Shown here one piece after another: positions 29,636-43,736 of a stretch of DNA of 64,000 nt. Each line of letters starts with the position of its first letter. Within the stretch, counting starts at the first letter, position 1. Source of the stretch: Siculibacillus lacustris (GTDB lineage: Bacteria; Pseudomonadota; Alphaproteobacteria; Rhizobiales; Ancalomicrobiaceae); contig NZ_SJFN01000017.1 in NCBI RefSeq assembly GCF_004328075.1, positions 92,725 to 156,724 on the forward strand. The letters run 5' to 3'. The translations under genes were made by a program, and so were the position numbers. The notes under the pieces are model-generated. The model saw only the letters and a list, made by a program, of their open reading frames with translations. It searched no databases and was not told where the DNA came from.

Positions 29636-30268
29636 TCAGGATCGGTGGAGCCCGGCGGCGGCGTCCCAGGCGGTGCGCAGGCCGAAGGCGACGAAGATCA
29701 GCCCGATCGCCCGCGAGATCGGCCCGCGGAAGCGCAGGAACGCCCGCCCGACCGCCGGAAGCCCCGTCCAGGCGACGGTCAGCCCGTCGCCGATCGCCAT
29801 GCCGAGGGTGGTGGCGGCGAACAACAGGCCGGCGTCGGCGAGGGTCAGGCTCGGCCCGGCCCCGACCGACAGGGCGCCGTACATGGCCAGCGAGAAGGGA
29901 TAGGCCTTGGGATTGGTCAGCCCGAAGATCATACCGGTGCGGATCGGTCGTTCCGCGCCGATCACCGTCGCGTCGGCGGAGCCGCCGCCGCCGCGCAGGG
30001 CGCGAAGCCCGAGGTGGACCAGATAGAGGCCGCAGATCAGGCCGAGCAGATGGAACAGCTCCGGGCCGAGCCGGCTCGCCCCGAGCAGCGCGGCGAGCGC
30101 CAGCGCCGACCAAGTGACGTCGCCGACCCCGTGGCCGAGGAAGAAGGCGAGGCCGCGCCGGCGCCCGTGGGTGGCGGAGAGCCCGAGCACCGCCAGCGTC
30201 GCCGGTCCGGGGGTGACGACATAGACGACGCCGGCGGCGACCGCGGTGAGGAACAGGCTGAGGGTCAT
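29636..30268 (-). CDS. LysE/RhtB-family amino-acid exporter
   Basis: 210 aa, 6 TM helices, N-terminal VTPGPATLAVL and GLTNPKAYPF motifs typical of the LysE superfamily. Confidence 0.75.
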   Translation of the reverse strand: MTLSLFLTAVAAGVVYVVTPGPATLAVLGLSATHGRRRGLAFFLGHGVGDVTWSALALAALLGASRLGPELFHLLGLICGLYLVHLGLRALRGGGGSADATVIGAERPIRTGMIFGLTNPKAYPFSLAMYGALSVGAGPSLTLADAGLLFAATTLGMAIGDGLTVAWTGLPAVGRAFLRFRGPISRAIGLIFVAFGLRTAWDAAAGLHRS

Positions 30269-30304
30269 GGTCCGGCTCCGGTTCGGGGGCGTCGCGCGAC
30301 GGCG

Positions 30305-30640
30305 GCGCCCTGCCCCCCTCCCTGTCCCTCACCCTCCGAGGGGGAGGGAACGCTGGGGAGATCACCTTCGAAAATGCTCGTTCGGTCCCCGCGGGCATCG
30401 TCCCCTCCCCCCTTGTGGGGGAGGGACAGGGAGGGGGGTACGCGGCGCCCCAGCAGTGGAATTACGCCGACGTGGCAACGGGTTGATTCTTCCCGCACCC
30501 CCCTCTCCGTCTCTCCCCCACAAGGGGGGAGAGGGCGCTGGGGAGGTCGCCTTCGAACCACTCGCGCCGTCGCCTTCCGATCACCCTCGCCCCCACGTCC
30601 CCTCGCCCCTAGAGGGGGAGGGACAGGGAGGGGGCTCGGC
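30305..30640. repeat. Tandem pair of composite REP-like palindromic units (~185 bp each) with three copies of a G-quadruplex-type motif GGGGGAGGGACAGGGAGGGG
   Basis: Seen directly: the C-rich copy cccccctccctgtccctc (30313-30330), G-rich copies at 30421-30438 and 30616-30634, hairpins tcccctccccc-cttgt-gggggagggga and ctctccccc-acaa-gggggagag, and a direct repeat cgctggggag(a/g)tc(a/g)ccttcgaa at 30351 and 30536. Confidence 0.6.
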
Positions 30641-30667
30641 GTCTCCATACGGCACGCCGCCCATCCC

Positions 30668-32110
<1,443 letters not shown>

Positions 32111-32132
32111 GACCGTATGTCCTCGTCAGATG

Positions 32133-33272
32133 TCAGAAACCGCCACGCGTCTTGTCGTCCCTGGCGCCGCTGAAGGCGGGCATCAGGATCCGGAAGACGG
32201 TGCGACGGGGCTGGGATTCGCATTCGACCACGCCACCGTGGTCACGGATGATCTTGGCGACCAGGGCGAGGCCGAGGCCCGAACCGTTGGTCTTGGTGGT
32301 CACGAAGGGGTCGAACAGATGTTCGATCAGATCGGCCGGCACACCGGGGCCGTTGTCCTTGACGCAGAACTCGAGGGCCAGCGTCACCTTGTCCTTGGAG
32401 CCGGGCACCGACAGGCGGACGCCGGGCCGATAGGCGGTGGTCAGGATGATCTCGGCGTCCGGCTGCTCGCCGAGCGACTCGCAGGCGTTCTTGACCAGAT
32501 TGAGGAACACCTGGACCAATTGGTCGCGGTTGGCATAGACCGGCGGCAACGACGGATCGTATTCCTCGACGATCCTGACCGAGCGTCCGAAACCCGATTG
32601 CGCCAATCTCTTCACGTGATCGAGCACGGTGTGGATGTTGACCGCGTCGCGCTCGACCGGGCGATCGTCGGAGAACACCTCCATCCGGTCGACCAGTTTG
32701 ACGATCCGGTCGGCCTCGTCGCAGATCAGCCGGGTCAGCGCCCGATCCTCGTCGCCGGCCGACTGCTCGAGCAACTGGGCGGCGCCGCGGATGCCGGACA
32801 GCGGGTTCTTGATCTCGTGGGCGAGCATCGCCGCCAGCCCCGACACGGTGCGCGCGGCGCCGCGATGGGTCAGCTGGCGGTCGATCTTGTCGGCCATCGA
32901 GCGTTCCTGGAGCATCACCACCACGGCGTCGGGACGCTCGCCGAGCGGCGCGGCGTAGATGTCGACCATCTTGTCGCCGGGCAGGCGCGGGCTCTCGATG
33001 TCGACGCGGTATTCCGACACCGGCGCCTGACGGTCGCGCACCTGATTGATCAGTTCCAGGAGCGGCGAGCCGAAGGGGATGAAATAGCTGATCTTGTGGC
33101 GGCGCATGAAGCCGACGCTGGCCTGGAAGAAATGTTCGGCGGCGTCGTTGGCGGCGATGATCATGCCGGCCCCGTCGACGGTGATCACCGGATGCGGCAG
33201 CGCGTTGAGGACCGAGATCGGCGTCGCGGGCACGGGCGTGACGGGCGCCGGGGCGGAGTCGGTGTTGGTCAT
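32133..33272 (-). CDS. ntrB: Nitrogen regulation sensor kinase NR(II) NtrB
   Basis: [12 protein letters not shown]...; PAS; His[19 protein letters not shown]; HATPase [36 protein letters not shown]. The ATG overlaps the dusB stop (ATGA). Confidence 0.85.
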   Translation of the reverse strand: MTNTDSAPAPVTPVPATPISVLNALPHPVITVDGAGMIIAANDAAEHFFQASVGFMRRHKISYFIPFGSPLLELINQVRDRQAPVSEYRVDIESPRLPGDKMVDIYAAPLGERPDAVVVMLQERSMADKIDRQLTHRGAARTVSGLAAMLAHEIKNPLSGIRGAAQLLEQSAGDEDRALTRLICDEADRIVKLVDRMEVFSDDRPVERDAVNIHTVLDHVKRLAQSGFGRSVRIVEEYDPSLPPVYANRDQLVQVFLNLVKNACESLGEQPDAEIILTTAYRPGVRLSVPGSKDKVTLALEFCVKDNGPGVPADLIEHLFDPFVTTKTNGSGLGLALVAKIIRDHGGVVECESQPRRTVFRILMPAFSGARDDKTRGGF

Positions 33273-34321
33273 GCGGCACTCCTTGCCGACAGATCCGCGA
33301 ACAGGCATTCGATCAGACGGATCGCCCGGACGGGATCGTCGGCGGTCAACAGGGCTCGGCGGTCGGCGGCCGCGACGGGCGCCGCACCGGCGGATTCGGC
33401 GGCGTCGAGATACCAGGCGAGATGCTTGCGCGCCGCCTTGACCCCGACGAAGCGGCCGTGATGGGCGATCATCGCCTCGTAATGTTCGGCGACCAGGGCG
33501 GCGAGCGCCGCGCCGCTCGGTGCAGGCACCTCGGGTCGTCCCGCCAGCGCCGCCGAGATCGCTCCCGGCAGCCACGGCCGACCGCAGGCGGCACGCCCGA
33601 TCATCACCCCGTCGGCGCCGGACGCGAGAAGCGCATCCTCGGCGGTTTCCGGCGAGGCGATGTCGCCGTTGACGATCAGCGGAATGGCGATCGCCGCGCG
33701 CACCGGCCGGACCGCCGCCCAGTCGGCTTCGCCTTCGTAGAACTGATCGCGGGTGCGGCCGTGGACGGTGACCATCGTCACCCCTTCGGCCTCGGCACGA
33801 CGAGCGAGCTCGGGCGCCACCAGCGCCGAGCGGTCCCAGCCGAGCCGCATCTTGACGGTCACCGGTACTGCCACCGCGGCGCGCACCGCGACGATGATCG
33901 CCGTCGCCAGATCGAGGTCGCGCATCAAGGCGGCGCCCGACCAGCCGTTGACCACCCGTTTGGCCGGGCAGCCCATGTTGAGATCGATCACGTCGGCGCC
34001 GGCGTCGACCGCCATCTTCGCCGCCCGCGCGGTCTGGGCCGGCTCCCGTCCGGCGATCTGCACCACGTGGCAGGCGAGCCCTTCGCCCGCCAGCCGCACC
34101 GTGGCGTCGACGTCGCCGACCTGCAGCGCGTCGGAAGCGACCATCTCGGTCACCACCACGTCGCAGCCGAAGCGCGCCGCCAGCCGGCGGAAAGGCAGAT
34201 CGGTGATGCCCGACATCGGCGCCAGGAACACCGGACGACGGTGAGTCCAGCGACCGAGCACCACGGGACGGTCGACCGTCCGGGGGGCTTCCGTCTCCGG
34301 TTGCGGAGAATGCCTGCTCAT
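33269..34321 (-). CDS. dusB: tRNA-dihydrouridine synthase B (NifR3 homologue)
   Basis: [32 protein letters not shown]..., [12 protein letters not shown] (the dihydrouridine-synthase Cys), MRLGWD. Start uncertain (ATGs at 34321, 34342, 34351; no clear SD). Confidence 0.8.
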   Translation of the reverse strand: MSRHSPQPETEAPRTVDRPVVLGRWTHRRPVFLAPMSGITDLPFRRLAARFGCDVVVTEMVASDALQVGDVDATVRLAGEGLACHVVQIAGREPAQTARAAKMAVDAGADVIDLNMGCPAKRVVNGWSGAALMRDLDLATAIIVAVRAAVAVPVTVKMRLGWDRSALVAPELARRAEAEGVTMVTVHGRTRDQFYEGEADWAAVRPVRAAIAIPLIVNGDIASPETAEDALLASGADGVMIGRAACGRPWLPGAISAALAGRPEVPAPSGAALAALVAEHYEAMIAHHGRFVGVKAARKHLAWYLDAAESAGAAPVAAADRRALLTADDPVRAIRLIECLFADLSARSAA

Positions 34322-34515
34322 TCGCTGTGCATCGTGGGCCATCGGCCACATGAATGGCAGAATTTTGGGCGAGAGCAAGCCACCATGTGAAATTTTGCGC
34401 AGATTCATCACCGATCGGCGCCGCCGCAGCCCGAAAACGTCATCGCGGGTATAGCGAACCGCGTTTCCCGGAGCCAGTACCGACCATTCCTACCCGCAAT
34501 CGGGCGCGTCGGCCT

Positions 34516-35379
34516 TCACAGAGGCGTCTGCAGATCGATGAAGGTCGCGGCCGGCACGACCGACGCCATCTCTTCGACGAAGTCGCCGGCGAAGACCTCT
34601 CGCTCCGCCACTTCGAGGAATCGGGCATCGCTCATGTCGTAGAAGGCATGGAGCACCGCATCGACGTCGCTCGGGTAGAACGGCTTCTTCAGGAAGAATT
34701 CCACGCCGATGTGCGAGGCGGCGCGTCGCACCCCCTCGTCGGACTGGCCCGACATCAACACCACATGGGTGTCGGCGCGGCTGTAGAGGATCTCGCCGGC
34801 CGCCTCAAGCCCGTCGATGCCGGGCATGTTCAGGTCGATGAAGGCGACGTCGTAGACCTGACCGCGGAACGCCGCGATCGCCGCTCCGCCGGTCGCCGCC
34901 TCTTCGACGGTGAGATTGAACCGGCTCTTCTCGATGATCTTGCGCACCAGCGTCCGAACGGTGGCGCTGTCGTCGACCACCAGCACCCGCCGCGAGCGCG
35001 ACATCTGCATCACCCGCAACAGCACCGCGGCGACCTTCTGCGGATCGAAGGGCTTCGGCAACACGTCGTAGGTGCCGCGCGCCTCCAGCTTGCTCAGGGT
35101 CGAGTCCGACAGGTCGGAGGAGATCGAGACGATGATCGGCGGCTTGCGCCCGCACATGATCGCGTCGAGCTTGTCGAGAAAGGCGATGCCGCTGACCTTG
35201 GGCATGTTGAGATCGAGGAACACCACTTCGGGAATGAACTTCGACAGGAAGCGCGCCGCCTCGAGGGCGCCTTCCGCCTCGAACACCTGACAATCGCGAA
35301 TGATGTTGGCGATGGCGACTCGGAGGTGATTACGTACCGTAACCGAGTCGTCGACGATCAGAGCACTCAAGACCGGCAT
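34516..35379 (-). CDS. Response regulator with two tandem CheY-like receiver domains and no output domain
   Basis: REC1 ALIVDDSVTVRNHLR...VVFLDLNMPKVSG...; REC2 RVLVVDDSATVRTLVRKI...VAFIDLNMPGIDGLE...YDVLPKPF / FLKKPF. Confidence 0.75.
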   Translation of the reverse strand: MPVLSALIVDDSVTVRNHLRVAIANIIRDCQVFEAEGALEAARFLSKFIPEVVFLDLNMPKVSGIAFLDKLDAIMCGRKPPIIVSISSDLSDSTLSKLEARGTYDVLPKPFDPQKVAAVLLRVMQMSRSRRVLVVDDSATVRTLVRKIIEKSRFNLTVEEAATGGAAIAAFRGQVYDVAFIDLNMPGIDGLEAAGEILYSRADTHVVLMSGQSDEGVRRAASHIGVEFFLKKPFYPSDVDAVLHAFYDMSDARFLEVAEREVFAGDFVEEMASVVPAATFIDLQTPL

Positions 35380-35601
35380 GGTTGTTCCTACGACGCGAGG
35401 GCGGTCGAGACCGACAATTCGCGAACAACTATAAAATTCCGTTGATTTCTGCCGGCACACGCGCGACGTCGCGCCAACATCGCGCCTCGGCGCTCGCCGC
35501 GACGGTTCACCGTCCGCGCTCGCCGCCATGTTCGGCCGATCGATCCTCGGCTATACCGATCGCGGACCGCGGCGGCGGTCGCAACGGAGGGGAGACGGCG
35601 A

Positions 35602-36807
35602 GTGGCCGAGAGACAGGTGGCGGTGGTGATCGTCGCGGCGGGGACCGGAACGCGGGCCGGCGAGGTCGGCGAAGCGCCCAAGCAGTACCGCCGGCTGGCC
35701 GGACGCAGTCTGCTCGCCCATACGCTCGACGTGTTCCTCGCCCATCCGGCGATCGACCGCATCGTCACCGTCATCCATCCCGACCACGGCGATCTCTATG
35801 CCGCGGCGATCGCCGACCTCGCCGCCGCCGCGCGCCTGGGGCCGGCGGTCACCGGCGGCGCCAGTCGCCAGATCTCGGTCGCCCGCGGGCTCGAGGCGCT
35901 GGCCGCCGATCCGCCCGATCTGGTGCTGGTCCACGACGCCGCCCGCCCCTTCGTCACCGCCGCGGTGATCGACCGGGCGATCGCCGCGCTCGCCGAAGTC
36001 GAGGGTGCGCTGGTCGCCGTCCCGGTGGTCGACACCCTGAAACACGCCGACGCGGCGGGCCACATCCTCGCCACGCGCCCTCGCAACGACCTCCATGCCG
36101 CCCAGACCCCCCAGGGCTTCCGCTATCCCGCCCTGCTCGCCGCCCATCGCCGCGCCGCAGCGGAAGGCCAGGACGCCTTTACCGACGACGCCGCGGTCGC
36201 CGAATGGGCGGGGCTGGCGGTGCGGGTGGTCACCGGCGACCCGGCCAACGTCAAGGTCACCACGGCCGAGGACCTGATCGAGGCCGAGCGCCGCCTCGAT
36301 CGCGACCGCTTCGCCCGCGCCGCCGACGTCCGGGTCGGCACCGGCTACGACGTCCACGCCCTGGTGCCGGGCGACTTCGTCACCCTGTGCGGGGTGCGGA
36401 TCGACCATGACGCCCGCCTCGACGGCCATTCCGACGCCGACGTGGCGCTGCACGCCCTGACCGACGCGATTCTCGGGGCGCTCGGCGACGGCGACATCGG
36501 CGCCCATTTCCCGCCCTCCGAGATGCGTTGGCGTGGCTGCGATTCGGCGGTGTTCCTGGCGGATGCGCTGGCGCGGATGGCGGCGCGCGGCGGGTTCCTG
36601 GCCCATGCCGACGTCACACTGATCGCCGAGGCGCCGAAGATCGGGCCGCACCGCGAGGCGATGCGCACCCGCCTCGCGCAGCTGTGCGGCGTCGCCCTCG
36701 ACCGGGTGGCGGTCAAGGCCACCACCAACGAGAAACTCGGATTCGTCGGCCGTCGCGAGGGTATCGCGGCGATCGCCACCGCCACCGTCCGTCTGCCGCT
36801 GCCCTGA
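35602..36807 (+). CDS. ispDF: Bifunctional 2-C-methyl-D-erythritol 4-phosphate cytidylyltransferase / 2-C-methyl-D-erythritol 2,4-cyclodiphosphate synthase IspDF
   Basis: IspD half [15 protein letters not shown]...; IspF half [58 protein letters not shown]. The fusion is typical of alphaproteobacteria. Confidence 0.9.
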   Translation: MAERQVAVVIVAAGTGTRAGEVGEAPKQYRRLAGRSLLAHTLDVFLAHPAIDRIVTVIHPDHGDLYAAAIADLAAAARLGPAVTGGASRQISVARGLEALAADPPDLVLVHDAARPFVTAAVIDRAIAALAEVEGALVAVPVVDTLKHADAAGHILATRPRNDLHAAQTPQGFRYPALLAAHRRAAAEGQDAFTDDAAVAEWAGLAVRVVTGDPANVKVTTAEDLIEAERRLDRDRFARAADVRVGTGYDVHALVPGDFVTLCGVRIDHDARLDGHSDADVALHALTDAILGALGDGDIGAHFPPSEMRWRGCDSAVFLADALARMAARGGFLAHADVTLIAEAPKIGPHREAMRTRLAQLCGVALDRVAVKATTNEKLGFVGRREGIAAIATATVRLPLP

Positions 36808-36818
36808 AGGAGCCCGAA

Positions 36819-37316
36819 GTGCAGGATCTCTCCCCCCTCGAAGCCCGTGCTGCCGCGACGCTGGCCGCCGCCCGCGCCCGCGGCCTCAAGCTCGCCACCG
36901 CCGAGAGCTGCACCGGCGGCCTGGTCGCCGGCCTCTTGACGGCGATCGCCGGGTCCTCGGACGTGTTCGAGCGCGGCTTCGTCACCTATTCCAACGACGC
37001 CAAGGCCGAGATGCTGGGGGTCGATGTGGCGCTGCTGGCCCGGCGCGGCGCCGTCGATCCGCAGGTCGCGGTCGAGATGGCGGCCGGCGCGCTGGCGCAT
37101 TCCAAGGCGCAGGTCGCGGTGGCGATCACCGGCATCGCCGGCCCCGGCGGCGGCTCGGCCAAGAAGCCGGTCGGCCTCGTGCATTTCGCGGTGGCCCGCG
37201 GCGATCGGGTCGAGCCGGTCGAATGCCGCTTCGGCGATCTCGGGCGCGACGCGGTGCGCCACGCCTCGATCGTCCAGGCGCTCGATCTGCTCGACGCGGC
37301 GATCGCCTGGGGCTGA
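36819..37316 (+). CDS. pncC: CinA C-terminal domain protein / nicotinamide-nucleotide amidohydrolase PncC
   Basis: GTG start with GAAGGAG RBS; LATAESCTGGLVAGLLTAIAGSSDVFERGFVTYSNDAK...VAITGIAGPGGGSAKKPVGLVHFAV. Confidence 0.75.
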   Translation: MQDLSPLEARAAATLAAARARGLKLATAESCTGGLVAGLLTAIAGSSDVFERGFVTYSNDAKAEMLGVDVALLARRGAVDPQVAVEMAAGALAHSKAQVAVAITGIAGPGGGSAKKPVGLVHFAVARGDRVEPVECRFGDLGRDAVRHASIVQALDLLDAAIAWG

Positions 37317-37330
37317 GTCCGCGGGTCGGG

Positions 37331-38161
37331 TCAGACGGCCTTGGCGATGCGGTCGAAGGCCTGGAGACGGGCGAGCAGCGCCGGCATCTCGGCGAGCGGC
37401 ACCATGTTGGGCCCGTCGGACGGCGCGCGGTCGGGATCCTCGTGCGTCTCGATGAACAGGCCGGCGACGCCGACCGCCACCGCGGCGCGAGCCAGCACCG
37501 CCACGAAGCGCCGTTCGCCGCCCGACGAGGTGCCCTGCCCGCCCGGCTGCTGCACCGAATGGGTGGCGTCGAAGATCACCGGCGCGCCGGTCTCGGCCAT
37601 GATCGGCAGCGCCCGGAAGTCGGAGACCAGGGTGTTGTAGCCGAAGCTGGCGCCGCGCTCGGTCAAGAGCACGTTGGGATTGCCGGCGTCGACCAGCTTG
37701 GCGACGACGTTCTTCATGTCCCAGGGCGCCAGGAACTGGCCCTTCTTGACGTTGACCACCCGGCCGGTCGCGGCGGCCGCGAGCAGCAGGTCGGTCTGGC
37801 GGCACAGGAAGGCCGGGATCTGCAGCACGTCGACCGCTTCGGCGACCGGCGCGCACTGATGGGCGTCGTGGACGTCGGTCAGCACCGGGATCCCGAGGCT
37901 TTCGCGGATCTCGGCGAACACCGGCAGGGCCGCGTCGAGACCGAGGCCGCGCGCCGCGCTCGCCGAGGTGCGGTTGGCCTTGTCGAACGAGGTCTTGAAC
38001 ACCAGTCCGATGCCGAGGGTCTCGGTGATCTCCTTCAGCGCCGCGGCCATCTCCAGGGCGTGGGCGCGGCTCTCCATCTGGCAGGGGCCGGCGATCAGCG
38101 CGAAGGGCAGATGGTTGGCGAAGCGGACCGAACCGATCCGGACTTCCGTGGCGGGGGTCAT
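37331..38161 (-). CDS. kdsA: 3-deoxy-8-phosphooctulonate (KDO-8-P) synthase
   Basis: [21 protein letters not shown]..., [45 protein letters not shown]. Confidence 0.85.
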   Translation of the reverse strand: MTPATEVRIGSVRFANHLPFALIAGPCQMESRAHALEMAAALKEITETLGIGLVFKTSFDKANRTSASAARGLGLDAALPVFAEIRESLGIPVLTDVHDAHQCAPVAEAVDVLQIPAFLCRQTDLLLAAAATGRVVNVKKGQFLAPWDMKNVVAKLVDAGNPNVLLTERGASFGYNTLVSDFRALPIMAETGAPVIFDATHSVQQPGGQGTSSGGERRFVAVLARAAVAVGVAGLFIETHEDPDRAPSDGPNMVPLAEMPALLARLQAFDRIAKAV

Positions 38162-39114
38162 CGAAGCTCCTGAGGCGGTCGGGGAGACGCAGGCTCGAAC
38201 GCCACCGCGACCCCGGCGACATCGGCGACGACGAAACTCTCGGCCCGGTCGAGGACCGGGAAGCCGCCGGCAATCAGTTGCGCCGCCGCCTCGCCGAAAT
38301 CGGCGACGGCGAAACGCAGACCGGCGAGCGACAGCCCGCGCGGCTCGATCGGCAGGCTGTCGGCGCCATGGCGCCAACGGAAGGCGGCCGGCGTCAACAC
38401 CTCGAGGGTGCCGCGCGGCAGATCGAGGGCCAGCCCGAAGCTCGAGGCGCGCAGGGCGCGCAACCCCGCGAAGGCCTCGAGATCGATGTGGTAATCGGCC
38501 GGATCGGGCGCCACCGCGACGATCGCCGAAAGCCCCACCGCGGTGTTGGGATGGCGCGGCGGCACCGCGTCCCAGAAGTCGTCCGGCACCCGATGGCGGC
38601 AGGTGAAGAACCCGGCGTCGCAGGACTCGCCGATCCGGCTGCCGCGCAGGGTCGCGAAGGTCAGATCGAAGCCGACGGTCCGCTCGCTGCCGTCCTCGGC
38701 GACTGCCTGACGCTCGAAACCGAAGGGTGCGGCGAGCCCGAGCCCGGCGGCTGCGAAGGCGGCACGATCGGCGTCGGGATCGTCGGAGGCGAGCGCCAGC
38801 ATCGCCAGCCCTTCACCCCGGCGCGCCAGCCGGTCGGCGACGAAACCGCCGAAGGAGAAGGCGCCGGATTCTGTCGGCGGGATCCGGCCGGGCTCGGCGA
38901 TCGCCAGAAGCTCGACGAACGAATGATCGAAGCGGATCGTTCGGTTGATCGTGCCCCAGGGATGGACGCCGATCTCGGTGGTGCGGAAGCCGAGCCGGTG
39001 CCAGGCGTCGGAGAGCCGGTCGAGGGCGTGGCCGACAACCACGACGTGGTCGACGCCGCGGCCCGCCGGGGGACCGCCGGCGATGGCGCGGACGAGCGTC
39101 GGGATCGGGGTCAC
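38158..39114 (-). CDS. VOC (glyoxalase/bleomycin-resistance/dioxygenase-like) family protein
   Basis: GTG start with GAGGA RBS, 4-nt overlap with the kdsA start. Two beta-alpha-beta-beta-beta-like halves ([23 protein letters not shown]...). Family-level call only. Confidence 0.5.
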   Translation of the reverse strand: MTPIPTLVRAIAGGPPAGRGVDHVVVVGHALDRLSDAWHRLGFRTTEIGVHPWGTINRTIRFDHSFVELLAIAEPGRIPPTESGAFSFGGFVADRLARRGEGLAMLALASDDPDADRAAFAAAGLGLAAPFGFERQAVAEDGSERTVGFDLTFATLRGSRIGESCDAGFFTCRHRVPDDFWDAVPPRHPNTAVGLSAIVAVAPDPADYHIDLEAFAGLRALRASSFGLALDLPRGTLEVLTPAAFRWRHGADSLPIEPRGLSLAGLRFAVADFGEAAAQLIAGGFPVLDRAESFVVADVAGVAVAFEPASPRPPQELR

Positions 39115-39157
39115 GGCAGGTCCTCGCGGGTCGCGCTCGGGACGGGGAACGGGCGGG

Positions 39158-39577
39158 TCAGATCGCCATCGCCGCGGCGTCGACGATGCCGCCGGCGATC
39201 GAGGCGCTGGCGAGCAGGATGCCCGAAGAGATTTCGCCGCGCTCGATCCGCGCAGAGACGTCGCGCAGCAGCATCAGTCGGAAGAACCAATAGACCCCGA
39301 CCTGCACCACGATCGCCACCACGCCCCACACCAGATAGACCAGGAGGGTCGCGGCGTGCTGGGCGGCGACCGCCAGCGGCAGGGTGTAGCCGATCATGCT
39401 GCCGGCGAAGGCGATCGCCGCGGCGCGATTGTCGGCGCGGATCAGCGCCAACTCGTCGTGCGGCGTGGCGACCGTGTAGACCGCGACGTAGAGGGCGATC
39501 AGCCCCAGGGCCAGCCCGACATAGACCACGAAGGGTCCGAGGCCGGCGAGGCTTTCGGTGAGCGGTTGCAGATCCAT
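39158..39577 (-). CDS. DUF350-domain small membrane protein
   Basis: 139 aa, 4 TM helices, LVYLVWGVVAIVVQVGVYWFF. Only the C-terminal portion of the artefactual 724-aa ORF 39158..41332. Confidence 0.6.
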   Translation of the reverse strand: MDLQPLTESLAGLGPFVVYVGLALGLIALYVAVYTVATPHDELALIRADNRAAAIAFAGSMIGYTLPLAVAAQHAATLLVYLVWGVVAIVVQVGVYWFFRLMLLRDVSARIERGEISSGILLASASIAGGIVDAAAMAI

Positions 39578-39612
39578 GGTCGCGGGCCCTTCGGTCTCGG
39601 GGGCGCTCGACG

Positions 39613-41253
<1,641 letters not shown>

Positions 41254-41428
41254 TTAGCTCATCGACGCCCGATTCGCGAGAGCGCGAACGGCGTACGTCG
41301 ATATCATCCACGGGGGTCGGTGCCGATCGCAATCCGACCTGTTCACGAACGAAAGCGGGACCGGGGGGGCATCGTCGGCCCGACCGGTCCCGGATCGATG
41401 CGCGGGCCCCGTCACCGGAGCCCGGCGG

Positions 41429-41812
41429 TCACTGACCGGCGGGCTTGGGAGCCGGAGCCGACTGGCCGCTCTTCTGCATCTGCTGGAGCTGGTCGAGGAT
41501 GCCGGCCGGGCTCGCCGGTGCCGCCGGAGCACTCGGGGCCGCCGGCTGCGACGCGGCCGGGACCGCCCGGTCGAGAATCGACGAGGGCCGCTCGCCGGTG
41601 CGCCCGGCGAGGACCGCCAGCACCAGCGACGTGGCGAAGAACCCGGCGCCGAGGATGGCGGTGGTGCGGGTCAGCACGTTGGCGGTACCGCGCGACGACA
41701 TGAAGCCGCCGCCGCCGATGCCGAGCGCCCCGCCCTCCGACTTCTGGAGGAGCACGACCCCGACCAGAGCCAGCACCAACATCAGATGAATCACGATGAT
41801 GACGGTTTCCAT
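41429..41812 (-). CDS. secG: Preprotein translocase subunit SecG with an Ala/Pro-rich C-terminal tail
   Basis: METVIIVIHLMLVLALVGVVLLQKSEGGALGIGGGG...; conserved tpiA-secG-pyrG order. Confidence 0.8.
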   Translation of the reverse strand: METVIIVIHLMLVLALVGVVLLQKSEGGALGIGGGGFMSSRGTANVLTRTTAILGAGFFATSLVLAVLAGRTGERPSSILDRAVPAASQPAAPSAPAAPASPAGILDQLQQMQKSGQSAPAPKPAGQ

Positions 41813-42143
41813 CGATCCCAACCGGCTTTCTCGAAGACTGCGGCATCCGTCCGCTGACGGGGTCCGAGCCATGAATCACGCGCCGCGAGCGGGTAGACCC
41901 GCACGACGTTCGGAGGGGGTCTTACACGATCCCCGCCGCCGACGCCAGAGCGACGAGCGTCGCGATGATCGTTCGTAAACACCCCCTCACATATCGGTGA
42001 TCACCCCGTCATTGTTTCCATATGTCGAACGATGCGTCGCTCCGACGGTGGCTCGTGCGAACCGGTCGCAGAGGGCAAGATCCGCTCACCCCAAACCGCG
42101 ACCCGCCGACGCGCCGGTCGCCCCGATCCGAGGACGAGATCCG

Positions 42144-42542
42144 ATGACGCTCACCGAAACGCTCAACCCCCAGGCTCCCAAGGCCCTCGCCGCCCTGCGC
42201 ATCGTCACCGCGCTGGTGTTCCTGGCCCACGGCACCGCCAAGTTCTTCGCCTTCCCGCATGTCGCGATGTTCGACGGCATGCCGGTGTTCTCGCTCTACG
42301 GCCTCGCCGGCGTGCTCGAGTTGGCCGGCGGTCTGCTGCTGCTGGTCGGCCTGTTCACCCGCCCGACCGCCTTCGTGCTGGCCGGCTTCATGGCCGTCGC
42401 CTACTTCATGGCCCACGCACCGAAGAGCTTCTTCCCGATCATCAACGGCGGCGACAGCGCCATCCAGTTCTGTTTCGTGTTCCTCTATCTGGTGTTCGCC
42501 GGCGCCGGCGCCTGGTCGCTCGACGCCAAGCGCGGCGCCTGA
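42144..42542 (+). CDS. DoxX-family membrane protein
   Basis: LRIVTALVFLAHGTAKFFAFP...GLAGVLELAGGLLLLVGLFTRPTAF... Confidence 0.7.
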   Translation: MTLTETLNPQAPKALAALRIVTALVFLAHGTAKFFAFPHVAMFDGMPVFSLYGLAGVLELAGGLLLLVGLFTRPTAFVLAGFMAVAYFMAHAPKSFFPIINGGDSAIQFCFVFLYLVFAGAGAWSLDAKRGA

Positions 42543-42629
42543 TCGGAGCCGACACCGGTCCTCGGCCCTTCCCCGCGATCGGGCTCCGGCTCGGTCGCGG
42601 CGGGTGGAACGAGGCCCCAGAAACGACGA

Positions 42630-42669
42630 AGGCGGCAGGCTCCTCGGAGCCGCCGCCTGTCTCGTCTGC
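42630..42669 (+). terminator. Candidate intrinsic terminator downstream of the DoxX gene
   Basis: aggcggcaggctcc-tcg-ggagccgccgcct stem followed by gtctcgtctg. Confidence 0.4.
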
Positions 42670-42865
42670 ACACTCGTTGATCGAGTGGTTCTCCTCGGGC
42701 GTCCTCAAGGGAAACCCGTTTCCTCCGCGGGCGCTTTCGACGGAGCGCCTTCTGCCGGAACCCGCCGATGCGACCCGTGGGCGGCGCATCGGTGTGTAGC
42801 ATTTCTGCTGCGCAACGCATCTAGACCCGTCCGGATCCGAAGGCGATGCGCAAATCGCCGCACCG

Positions 42866-43606
42866 TCAGCGATAGGCCGCGGCGATCGCCAGGAAGTCGG
42901 TCGCCTTGAGGCTGGCGCCGCCGACCAGGGCGCCATTGACGTTCTTCACCGACAGCAGTTCCTTGGCGTTCGACGGCTTGACCGAGCCGCCGTAGAGGAT
43001 CCGCACGCTTTCGCCGACCGGCCCGTAGAGGGCGACGAGCTTGGCGCGGATGAAGCCGTGGACTTCGGCGACGTCGGCCGCCGTCGGTACCAGCCCGGTG
43101 CCGATCGCCCAGACCGGCTCATAGGCGACGACCAGCGACTCGGCGGTCGCGCTCGCGGGCATCGAGCCGTCGACCTGGGTGCCGACCACATAGAGGGCGC
43201 GGCCCGACTTGCGCTCGGCTTCGGTCTCACCGACGCAGACGATCGCCACCAGTCCGGCGCGCTGCGCCGCTTCCGCCTTGGCGCGGACGATCTCGTCGGT
43301 CTCGCCGTGATCGGTGCGGCGCTCCGAATGGCCGACGATCACCATCGTCGCGCCGGCGTCCTTGAGCTGCTCGGCGGCGATGTCGCCGGTATGGGCGCCG
43401 GAGACCTTGGCGTGGCAGTCCTGACCGCCGATGGCGATCGGGCCGGAGCGCGGCGCAAAGGCGGCGATCAACACGGCCGGCGGGCAGATCGCCAGATCGA
43501 CCACGGCGCGGCTGGCGGCATCATGGCCGGCGATCATGGCATCGAGCTCGGCGACCGAGGCGGCGACGCCGTTCATCTTCCAGTTGCCTGCGACGAGGGG
43601 CTTCAT
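42866..43606 (-). CDS. tpiA: Triose-phosphate isomerase
   Basis: [37 protein letters not shown]. Confidence 0.9.
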   Translation of the reverse strand: MKPLVAGNWKMNGVAASVAELDAMIAGHDAASRAVVDLAICPPAVLIAAFAPRSGPIAIGGQDCHAKVSGAHTGDIAAEQLKDAGATMVIVGHSERRTDHGETDEIVRAKAEAAQRAGLVAIVCVGETEAERKSGRALYVVGTQVDGSMPASATAESLVVAYEPVWAIGTGLVPTAADVAEVHGFIRAKLVALYGPVGESVRILYGGSVKPSNAKELLSVKNVNGALVGGASLKATDFLAIAAAYR

Positions 43607-43736
43607 CTCGGGTCTCCACGCGGTTTGTTGCGAGGCGCGCCCGGCCCGACGGACCGGCGACGCCGCGCCGATCGGTAGCACTTCGCTCGAACATCCCGCA
43701 ACCATCGCGCTGGTGCCCGGCCGTCCGGCCGGAACA

